Of a DNA stretch of 64,000 nt, positions 23,915-34,084 are shown piece after piece. This stretch comes from Monocercomonoides exilis PA203 (lineage: Eukaryota > Protista > Preaxostyla). The notes under the pieces were generated by a model that saw only the letters and a program-made list of their open reading frames with translations, ran no database searches and had not been told where the DNA came from. Location: assembly GCA_001643675.2 (NCBI GenBank), contig LSRY02000054.1, positions 186,001-250,000 on the forward strand, given 5' to 3'. Position numbers and translations under genes: made by a program. The stretch's first letter is position 1. Each line of letters starts with the position of its first letter.

Positions 23915-26311
23915 ATGACAACGCGACAAGAAACCGCAGCTCTTGGCGAGATGAAATTGAAGACGGAAGCGCCGAAACAATCCGTGAATATCGGAAATGT
24001 GGTGAGCATGCTAGACCAAAAGAAGAAAAGAGAACGAGAAATTACAGAGGATCGTGTGATGGAGAGACCGAGAGAAGAGGCGCAACACGAGGCAACGAGA
24101 ACAGAAGGAGACTGCGTATTTCTTCGCAGGACAAGACAGAAGAACGATCGGAGCTCCGGGAAGGTGAACGAGAAGGGAGTCTGGAGAGCTTCTGGGATTG
24201 TTATCGAGTCCCCAATTGGGAGCACTCTGGAGGAGGGCTCGAAGACAGTAGTTGCAAATATTTACGAAGGGGAAGAGAAAACACGGATGCAGTATGGCCA
24301 CAAGACACCAGAAGTGAAAGAGAGTATAGCGATTGGACCACTGAGGGAACCACTTCCTGGGAGACTGGTGAACAGACTGAGCGAATGGAAGAAGATTGGG
24401 GGAGACAAACTAGTGAGCCGTGGTATAAGAGCTCAATAGAAAAGGCCCCAATCCTCAATCTCACTCGAGGAGAGAAGACACAAACAGAAGTTTCGAAGGA
24501 CGACGGAGATGACGAACAATTATTTATCCCTCTTGGAGGAGGAATTGAAAGACGGAGTGTTGAAGCCCATACAGAAGTCGGAGGTGAAGTGGTTCAACCC
24601 GACATTCAAGGAGATAAAGTAGAACGGAAAGTGGAGGAAGATCCTGGATTGCAGAGCTCTAAACGAGGAAGTACAGGGAAAACACTTCAAGATGGATACC
24701 CAGGAGACAGTGGTAGAACTCCTGGAGGAGAACGATAGGATGACAACACTGGATATATCGAGTGCATATCAGCATGTCAAGGTGGACGAACAATTCATTC
24801 CCTTTCTGTACTTCAGCTTTCAAAGTCAATGTTACGCTTACGTAGGGATGCCATTTGGAGCGAAAGACGCCACCAGAGTTTTCACGAAGATAATGAGACG
24901 GGCAGCCTCGTTCATCAGAGAGAAGTAGAAAGTGAAGTTAGCAATATATATGGACGACATTCTCCTCATGCACCCAGACAGGGATGCATTGAGATCGATC
25001 TCACAGGAGATAGCCCAGTTCTTGAGAAGTCTGGGCTGGATACTGTCGGAAGAGAAACTGAGTTTTTAATCCACAAGGAGTGGGGAGTTTTTGGAATGTC
25101 TGTGGAATTCGGAGAAGATGGAATTGACGCTCCAAAAGAGGAAGAGAGTGTTGCTGCTAAAGGATGTGCGAACCTGGATAGCACTGGCAAAGAAAAGGAA
25201 GAGACATAAGACGAGGGATCTAGCAGCACTCCTCGGAAGGCTGAACTTCGTGAGGCTGTAGCACACACCAGCGAGCTTGTGGATGAAGCGAATGCAACAC
25301 GTGCTGAGGCAGGCAATAGCCAGCGTGGGCTGGAATGGAACGGTCGTATCCAACCCTATGATTTTGGGAGAATTAACACATTGGAAGAAGACCCTGAAAG
25401 AAAACAAATAGAGGTGTCTGAGGAAGAGAACAAGGCAAGCAGTACTTACAACGGATGCGTCAGAGCTGGGATGGGGTGCAGTGTTTGCAATACCGAAAGA
25501 GAACAAGGAAGAGAAGATTTATGTCCATGGAAGTTGGACCCCCCAGGAGAGCACGCTTGCAATCAACGAGAAGGAGTCAAGAGCTGTGTTGAGTACATTA
25601 GAGAGAAAGGGAGCATGGCTGCAACAACAGAAGATTGATCATATTTGTCTGAAGACAGACAACATGTCGACGAGACGGACAATACAGAAGAAGAGGGGAG
25701 CGCCATCGCTCATTCCTACACTGAGGGCTTTGGAGAAGAAACTGAACAACCTGGACATTACGACACAAACGAAACATCTCCAGGGAGAGCAGAACACGAA
25801 AGCAGACGTACTCAGTCGGATGGCAAGAAAGCCGGACTATGCACTGAAGGGGGAGAAAGTCGCAGAGATATGACAATTAGTCTCACCTAGAACACGAGAT
25901 ACAAATTCAGAACGGATTGCGCCTGTGCCCTGCGGAAGTACTTGGAGACTATCCTCTCTGAGAAGGAGGAGAGAGAGAGAAACACCAGAAGACGACATAG
26001 TGTTAGTCCATCCGTTCCTGAGAAACATTGGACGGGTGTTGAAAGAGAAGATGAAGGAGGCCTGGAAGGAACTGACGATTCTGATTCTGCCAGACTAGCG
26101 GGGGCAGACCAGGATACCGCTGCGGCAGCCTGGGCCTTCGACAAGAACCCTGGGGACCTTTCAGAAGTGCATGATATAAGGAGCCAGGATGAGAAGGGAA
26201 GGCTGGAAATTACCCCCAGGAGAGGTAATAAGCGTTATACTGGAGAAGAGAATATACCGGGAAGGGACCTTTTCCTCGCATGAGGAGAATTTGTTGGAGC
26301 AAGAGATATAG
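23915..26311 (+). pseudogene. pol: reverse transcriptase, RNase H and degenerate DIRS MTase-like domain
   Basis: One frame with in-frame stops. RT motifs GKWRKILDCR, TLDISSAYQHV, YVGMPFGAKDATRVF and IYMDDILL (YMDD at 24947-24958). RNase H motifs TTDASELGWGA, INEKESRAV, KTDN, NTKADVLSR. Then VHPFLRNIGRVL..ILILPD*RGQ. Confidence 0.9.
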
Positions 26312-27200
26312 CAGCAGCAATACTGAGAAACCAGAAGAGTGAAAGGGATACGTGGAGAGCGTTGCGAAGATTTAAGCAATTTTTCGATAGAGAGAGCATA
26401 GATGACATTGACCCACTCACAACCAGAGATGCCAAAAGGATTATGGCAGAGTTTACCGAAATGCTTTCAAATACTAACCTGTCTGTTGGAGTGATTCATC
26501 AGACAGTACGGAAAGTACTGGAGTCCATCAACCTTTTCAGGGAGACTAAGATTGATGGGAACGACATTGAAATATTTCTAATAATTTATGTTAGTTAGAA
26601 GCCAAGAAGAGGCAAACGATACAAATCAATGTGGGACTTAACAATCATCACGAAGTGGGCCTAAACCTCCTACGACGCAAAGGACATACCAACACTCCAG
26701 TGGAGAGCCCTCATCTCTACTATGATTTTTGGTGCATTAAGGCCAGCAGATCTGGAGAGAATGAGAAGTGAGACAACGATATTAAAAAGGAATATGGTAC
26801 AAACACAAGTTCAAACAAAAGCATCCGGGGGAGAGACAGTTAAAGTTTATATTAATAAACATCCAAACTCACGTATCGATGCGGTTGGAGCGCTCCAACG
26901 TTGGATGGATAACATAAGGACAAATTTTGAGGATGGACATGTGTGGTTGGACATAGAAGTGAGTAGACCTACTAAACTACAAAAAATTTAGGAAGAGTTA
27001 ACAGCGATTTTGAGAGAGAACGGAATACCCGACACACTTGCCGCGCACTCGATAAGACATGCAGTGATTACGCACTTGGCAAGACGAGAAGGAGCGGACT
27101 GGAAGGCTATCAATGCTTATGCGAGATGGGCGCCAGGTTGGAGAGTGGCCAGGAATATTATACCATTTTACCCGTGCAAGACACAAATTGGATCCTGGAG
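26260..27200 (+). pseudogene. Tyrosine recombinase (integrase) of the DIRS element
   Basis: Catalytic-type motifs GALRPADL (R), QTKASG (K), HSIRHAVITHL (HxxR), ARWAPG (W) and EYY (Y, after a frameshift). Several stops. Confidence 0.85.
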
Positions 27201-27759
27201 ACAATCGGCGGACCAGCACCCCAGAGTGGAGAAGACAACAAGCCACATAAGAGTGGAGAATCGAAGGAGGGGAGGCTGGAGATTGCAGAGGCAGATATGA
27301 AAGATTGCACCGAGGAATCACCAAAATCTGGTCTTGAAGAAGGGAAGAAACCTACGAGAAAGCGATCAAAAAGAAGAGAGAGTCAAGGAGGGAAGAAAGA
27401 AAGAAAAGGGAGACGATGCAACCTCGAAGCTCAACACCCCGACTACCAGGTAGTCAGAGGAAACCCTCCATAATCCCCAGCAGCATAGGTGAGCTGATTG
27501 GAGAGAAGGACACAATTCCACTGAAGAAGAGAGGCAAAGATCGGAAGAAGCGTCACGGAAGAAGAACATGTCAGATGGGGAATGACACTGAAGAGGCAAG
27601 GGCCAGGCCGATGTCGCCTCAAAAATATTCTAAGAAAGGGAGGTTGTAGAGACAGAGGCAGCACCTTCGTCCACAATCCCTCCAGACATTTGCCACACTT
27701 TATTGTGCTAGGAAGGAGGGTTTTAGATCACATATACAGAGATAAAAGGGATTTCGAGA

Positions 27760-27855
27760 CTCATTATTGAGGAGCAAACCTGCTCCTTGCGTTCGTAGAT
27801 TCGCTTTATTGCGAATTGATAGAACGCAGTGAGAGAGAATTTGCTCCGAAATAAT
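27760..27855. repeat. Internal complementary region (ICR) of the DIRS element
   Basis: 27760-27817 is the reverse complement of the left terminus 22808-22866 (CTCATTATTGAGGAGCAAACC exact). 27823-27855 is the reverse complement of the right terminus, about 28464-28495. Confidence 0.92.
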
Positions 27856-28502
27856 ACGAACGCGGATGGAGGGAATCAAAGCGGCTGGGTGTGAAAGAGA
27901 GAAACATATTAGGAGGAATATGACGAGGAAAAGGGCGAGATAGCAGAGGAGATGGGAAAAGAATAACCGCCCAGAATGATCTAACGCACCTAAACCTGTA
28001 TTGAGAAGCAGTGAAGGAATAAAAAGTTTGAAGAATAATCATTATCCTCTAATTGGTATCGAACAAATGCAAAGAGAAGAGTCAGATCGGTCCATACAAT
28101 GCGCGATGATAGGGTTTGCTCTGCTAGATCAACATAAGAGCGGGAGGCAGAGCACATCACACGCAGTTTTCTTTTCCACGCCTTGCGGAAGCGAGAGTGG
28201 TTTTTCTTTCTGCTCCAAGAATACTCGCCTCACCGGACCCCTGCACTGACTGCAGGAGACAGCTCCGAGGGGCAATGTCCCCTGCCCTCTGGTCTTCGAG
28301 ACCATGGCAAAAGGCGAAGTCGGTGGTGAAGTGAAGCGGACAATGCATTATTTTATTTCTTAATTTTAATGTTATTGTTTTGAATTTTATTTCGCCCTTT
28401 TTTCCACATCATTTTTGGGAGGGCGAAGTTCTCACTTAAACCACCCATAATAAATTAATACTCATTATCTCGGAGCAAACCTGTCTCACTGCGTTTTTAT
28501 TA

Positions 28503-29995
28503 AAAATGAATTCAGATCTGTTTTCACAACAGAAATGTTCAACAAAATTGATGAAATGATTGAAGAAATAAAATTGTCAATTGAAAATGCAATTTTGTTG
28601 TTGAAGCATATTGGATATGTCTGTATTTTTTTGAAAAGTTCTTTTTGTTTAATTTTCAAATTTAATAAAATTTTCATATTTCGATCAAATTTATGTTCTC
28701 TCTTGTGAAACTTCACTAAAATGGAAATAATAACATTGTCAAGATTTTGTTTTCATGACAGCGAAATTTGGTGAGTGGAAACAGAAATGTGATCGAAATA
28801 TGAAATGAATATCTTATTAGAAAAATAAACAAAAGGAACTTTTCAAAAAAATTATGACATATTATAATACGTTGAAAAGTGCATTTCAAAGCAATTTTTT
28901 GTTTTCTTCTTTGAACAGCAGAATCAAAAAGATGATTATTAATGAAAATAAGAAGAAAAAAAAGGAAAGAACGAAAAACTGCTGAATGATCTTTGTGAAT
29001 GCCGCATTTCTTTGAGATTCGATTTCTCATATGAACTTCGGTCTATTTGCGTACGTTGCCTTGTGAAGGCTGCATTGAACAAGAAAGTAAACGAAGATAT
29101 TCGAAAAGAAGTGGAAACAGCTTTGCTGGCACTGAATAATTTTGACGAATTTTATGTATGAGAACATGTAACTAAATTTTTGATATTTTAAAATTTCATC
29201 AATTTTTTTATTGTTAATTGAAAAAGAGATGCATATGAATGAAGTCAAAGAAATTGTCAAGTTTCATCAGGAGAATCGCAATCTGACTCGTCTTGCCTAT
29301 CAATCAGCTGAGAAGTTTTTGATAGACGGATTTTTCAAAGATTATAAATTGGAAAAAGCGATTGTGAACGAGCTAAATTTTGCAAGAGAAGTCAAGAGAG
29401 AATTGGACGAGCTGACAAAATGCGCTAAGGAAAGAAAAGGAGAGGAAAGAGGAAAAGCGACTAATGTAGAGATTGTTATGTTAAGATGGTTGCAAATACT
29501 GGATATTTATTTTAAAAGGTGTCATTTGCATTGTGAAGAATATGTTGGGGTTGACAATAGCATTGTTCGGGTGCTCCGAGAAGCGACGGATTATCGCAGA
29601 GTAATTAGCAACTGGTGTATTCATTTATTTGAAAAGGCAGAGAAAGCAGGGTTGTAAACGTAGAAGATTTATTGAAAATTGGAGCCATAGGCGCAGTTTT
29701 GGTAGGATTTCATTGTTCAACAATGAATTATAGAAAAACATATGATTGCTTGTTTTTCTTTTTAAATGTTTCAAATCGATTGAAAGAAGAGACTTATAAT
29801 GAAGTGAGAAAAGTTAAAAGAAAGACAATTAAAAGGGAAGTTTATGAAAATATTGTAGAAGAAGGATATGAAGATTCTGTTGTGAGCTTTCATAAAATAC
29901 TTGGCTTTCTCAACGAAAACTGCTTTATTGAATTATCGTTGAATATTTCTGATTATTACGTGAATGTTAACCAAATTCATTTCATTATGCTTTGA
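28503..29995 (+). pseudogene. Second decayed copy of the LTRLAYQS family, 5'-truncated at the DIRS end and interrupted by a MITE
   Basis: NEFRSVFTTEMFNKIDEMIEE..LLLKHIGY begins immediately after the DIRS end. ORFs 29211..29657 (NLTRLAYQSA, ELNFAREV) and 29672..29995 (EEGYED). Confidence 0.8.
28618..28859. mobile_element. 242-bp MITE (family A) with TA duplication
   Basis: TIRs TGTCTGTATTTTTTTGAAAAGTTC / GAACTTTTCAAAAAAATTATGACA. TA at 28616-17 and 28860-61. Excision restores the host frame GYYNTLKS. Confidence 0.88.
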
Positions 29996-30750
29996 AACAC
30001 TAAATGTTTCATTTTTTTGATTTTCATCATTTTGCAAAATAACAAACAAAAAAATTAATTGAAGTATTTTAAATATTGTTTTTGTTCATTTTTTGAAAAT
30101 AAGAAAAACGATAATTCTTTTCAATTTTCCATCATCAAGAATCTTCATTGAACAAAGATTTACAAAACATCTTCATCAAATTCATTCATTTTTCCAAAAG
30201 ATAATTCAATTGTGAAGTTGCAACCCCCTGAAATCTCTTGTTCACTCTGGTTTTTCTCTTTCTCATCGCATTCTCGATGAATTCGAGAAGGAGAAGCGGA
30301 AATATGAAATGATAATTATTGAGATGAATGCAAAGACATGAAAGAAGAAATGTTTGTTGAATAATAATGCAGGCATTAACTTAGTGAATTTTAAATACAA
30401 CAGCAAACATGGCTGAAAAAGAAGCCAATTCAGCGTTTTAATTCGAAATTTGAAAGGTTGACAAAGACATTCATGTTAAGGGTTAATTTTCTAATGGGAC
30501 TTTTCCCCTTTTTGGCACTTTTTTTTGTTTTTGACTTCCAACTTTCAACAAACGTTGAATCTTTTTCTTCACTTTAATACAGTGTATTAACATATTTCAA
30601 ACTATTAATTTCTCGTTTGTTTTATTATTAAAGTTTGTTTTCCATTGAGTTGGAAAGTTTTTTTATATATATTAAATAATCACTTTTCTCATAGAACCAA
30701 GCTTTTCCAAAGAATGTGATATGTAATTTCATAAACTGTTTTCATTTATC

Positions 30751-31222
30751 TATTTGTATTTCAAATTTCAAATTCCACAATAACAAATTTTGAAATTTTT
30801 TTAACATTTCATTTTTTCACAAGCATGCAAACATCAATGTGAAATTTTCTACAAAAAAAATAATAAGTTAAAAATAAAAATATGCAATATAATATAAACA
30901 CTCCAATAAACATTTCAACAAAAATTGGAACTTTAATATTCTCTTGTTGTCTCGAACAACCAAATGTTACCAAAATTGAATGGTTTTTGATCAAATTACT
31001 GTGAAGGAAACAAGTTTTAGACAACAAGAGAATATTAAAGTTCCAATTTTTGTTGGAACGATTAATAAAGTGTATATTGTATGTGGAATATTTTTATTTT
31101 AGGACTTCATTTTTAAAAACAAAGAAAATTTCATATGAATACTTGCATGTTTGTGAAAAAATGAAATGAGAAAAAAGTATCAAAATACAATATCTTGAAA
31201 CTTGAAATTTGAAACATAAATA
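30751..31222. mobile_element. Foldback element / long inverted repeat, about 470 bp
   Basis: Perfect 37-bp inner arms (CAACAAAAATTGGAACTTTAATATTCTCTTGTTGTCT and its reverse complement), with degenerate pairing out to both ends. Confidence 0.75.
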
Positions 31223-31477
31223 TGTGATTATTTTTGTAATTTTTTCATTTCAATCTGATATTTCGATTTGAGAATTTGTTAATAACATTGAGTATGTTAA
31301 CTGAAAATGAAAAATGCAATTTCATTGAAATTTTTTCTTTTGCATTTATCTCAGGCATTGGTTGACGTGACAATTATTATAATTTAACATTTGTTTGAAA
31401 AAATTATTACGAACAACATTGGACGGCTTAACAATCAACACACCTAAAAAAGATATGATTTCAAAAATAATCATATA
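31221..31477. mobile_element. Degenerate family-B MITE, about 256 bp
   Basis: Starts TATGTGATTATTTTTG and ends AATCAACACACCTAAAAAAGATATGATTTCAAAAATAATCATATA, like the copy at 54751-55006. Confidence 0.55.
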
Positions 31478-32251
31478 TTTCCAAAATGATGACCTATCAT
31501 TTGAAAAGATATAAAATAGAATCACACTTATAATGAAGTTATTTTTGACTTTTTTAAACAATTGTGCTTTTTTTGAAGGAAAATATTTCTGCAATATTTT
31601 TTACCAAAAAACGTTCATGATTTCAAAAAAACGGCTATCTTCTCTTTTCTAATTTCGTTGAAAAAAATAGTGTTAAAATTTGTCAAGACGTTTTCTCCAA
31701 AAAAAGTATTTTTGATAAATTGTATTTTTTTAATTTATTCAATAAAAAAAATCGATAAAACATTTTTGACAAGTTTGATCAAAGATATTCTATCAATTCC
31801 ACAATCTTTTTGCTTCAGACATCCTGTGGCTGTATTTTTATTTTCTTTGAATATGTGAACAATAAGACATAAGTCTTCTCTGATAAATGAAATTAAATTG
31901 AATAATAGGGTGATTTATAAACCCGAACTTTTTTTTAATTTTGGTTTGAAATATAAATATTTATTTTACAAGCAATCATGTTTTAATTTCGAAAATTGAA
32001 ATGATCAATAATAAACATAATCAACAAGTTCTCTTTTTACAATTTTTCTGGAATTTTTCTGCTTTGAAACATCATCCAAAATATTATCATTCAAAATGTG
32101 AGATTTGTTTAATCTTTTTTTTGGGTTTTTCAGCTGCGAAAATAATTTATTCTTCTTTTTTATCATTATTATCTTTTTTTTCTTTTCTCATCTTATCTTC
32201 TTTTCTTTTTTTCCATTCTTAAAGAAATTGTTATTCTGTTATAATTTTTTT

Positions 32252-33856
32252 TTAAAAATCAAACCTATGTGTTCTCTTTTTCAGTGTCACTGAAGGTTCC
32301 TTTGGAAGTTTTGATAATACTGAATTCCACTCGTTTGGTTGCACGCCACTTTTTTTAAACGAAGAAACAACAGTTGCAGGAAGTAATTCCGTCTGAAGCG
32401 GTTGTTGAAGAACGTTTGAAATGGACTCCCGTCGGAGAAAAATAAAAGAATCCGGAGGTACAGAGTGTAGAGAGTTGATGCATTTTTTGAATACTGCAAA
32501 CACACCACGATCAAGAGGTTGTGTGATGTGTAAGCTGTGCGGAATAAAAGAAACGAATTTAATGTTGTTATCGGCAAATTTCTGCCAGATATCTGACTGA
32601 GCCCGAGAAGAATGAGAATCCAAAAGAAGAAAACATCTTTCATAGTTCTTTATTTAAATATCACTTCTTTTGATGATTCCATTCAATAAAACCTCTTCTG
32701 CATATGTGTGATTATTTTTGAAAGCAAAACTTTTTTCGGGGTGTTTTTTTTCAAAGGTTGTTTGTCACTGGGAAGAGGTTTTGTCCACAATTTGTGTAAT
32801 TATCACAATTGTTTAATAAACAAATCTTTTAACTCAAATAAAGATGTTAGTGTTTTGAAAGGCCTTTTCATTTTTCAGTGTTCATTCATTGACATTCGAG
32901 AAATACTTTTTAACCGAAAATTTTGAATGAAAAAATTTGATTTCAAAAATAATCACCCATATCTTTTGAAAATGCTTTCTGTCATCCATCCTTCATTGTT
33001 GTACCAAACATCAATGCTTACGCTCAGCAGAACTCGCATTTCCTTTGGTAATTTGTGGCATGGCCACAACACAATGCTTTTGAGAGAATATCCATCTGCA
33101 GCAGCTGTTACAACCAAAGTGGCATTTGGCATGTTTGTGGGTGTTGTATGAAATCCAGCTGGAACTCCTGTGGGGTGAATCACAAGAGTTTTGAAGGAAT
33201 CCGATAAGCGGAGTGAAGATTCATCGGTGTTAAAGATTAAAGAAGGTGAATAATGATGTGAATTGTGAAGATTTTGCAGAAGCTCGTAGAAAGGAAGAAG
33301 AACTTGTTGATTGGATACCGAAAGACGTTGGATATCCACATTTCTGGGCATGGAAGCTTTGAGCTCAGAATTCCTTTTTGCAAATAGATATGGATATGAT
33401 TTGGACACACTGGTGGTTTCATCAACATCAGTTTCTGATCGTCTTTTTTTGTCGGAAAGGACGGATTCCATCTGAAAAATATTTATAATTATAAACGAAA
33501 GATAAATAAATGTGTAATCAAACTAATTCTCTTGTTCTCTTTGTATTTAAACTTGTTCCGGATAAACTTTCGATTTTAATAACTCCAACAATTATATTTT
33601 TGTCCTCTTCATTGAATAGTTCTGGCCTGCCAGGTTTTGCAACAGCTCTGCCGCTTTCAATTGCTGAAACTGCTCTTATTATTGCTGAACGAGAGAACTC
33701 TTTGGTATTTATTGCGTCAACGATTCTGACATGTCCGTCAACAACTATGCGCGCCATGCGTTCCAAAAGATTTTCTATTTGTCTGTAGTCAAATGCCATC
33801 ATTTGATTTCTAATGTTTAACAATCCTTGTTCTGTTTTGATTTTGAAAACACTCAT
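32252..33856 (-). pseudogene. DDE_1 (pogo/Fot1-like, DD35D) transposase with one intron, one stop and a MITE insertion
   Basis: KPGRP; FNTDES; GWMTESIF; LLDSHSS, 35 residues, QPLD. 52-nt phase-0 GT..AG intron at 33472-33523. In-frame TAA at 32654-56. Removing 32705-32959 plus one TA restores FKRYAEEVLL. Confidence 0.88.
32705..32959. mobile_element. 255-bp MITE (family B) inserted in the transposase
   Basis: TIRs TGTGTGATTATTTTTGAAA / TTTCAAAAATAATCACCCA. TA at 32703-04 and 32960-61. Confidence 0.88.
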
Positions 33857-33960
33857 GATAAAAAAATTTTGGTAATGATCTTTTTTTATTTTTTTAAAAA
33901 AAATTTTTTTAAGAAATGAAAAAAATTAAAAAAAAATTTTTTTCGATTAAATTCTAACTT

Positions 33961-34084
33961 AGTCAGCCCCGTTGCTATTACCCAATCTCCTCAGGGGAGG
34001 CACTAATCAGAGATGGAGGAGCTAACCCCCCCCATCTCTCCCCATCAGAGATTAGGTATAGTAATTTGATCTTAATTTCTGACT
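33961..34084 (-). ncRNA. Candidate structured RNA leader upstream of the transposase
   Basis: GC-rich island forming nested stems whose non-Watson-Crick positions are G.U only on the minus strand. TATATAAG lies just upstream (34103-34096). Confidence 0.45.

Larger units (their letters stand above)
22807..28495 (+). mobile_element. DIRS1-type tyrosine-recombinase retrotransposon, full length, decayed
   Basis: Imperfect inverted terminal repeats (22846-22907 vs 28422-28481), an internal complementary region (27760-27855), and gag-like, RT-RNase H-MTase-like and YR coding regions in that order. Distinctly more GC-rich than the flanks. Confidence 0.92.

Noticed and set aside
24437-26990. RIP- or APOBEC-like hypermutation of the DIRS element
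   Set aside because: Stops appear to derive from mixed changes (TGG, CAG and AAG to TAG). This cannot be supported without a consensus.
32705-32959. MITEs acting as introners (spliced out of host mRNA)
   Set aside because: The available GT/AG pair does not restore the transposase frame, and the 28618 copy has no terminal AG.
33975-34061. SECIS element or K-turn
   Set aside because: The tandem G.A quartet is present, but there is no preceding A or internal loop, no apical AAR and no 3-nt bulge, and it lies 5' of the ORF.
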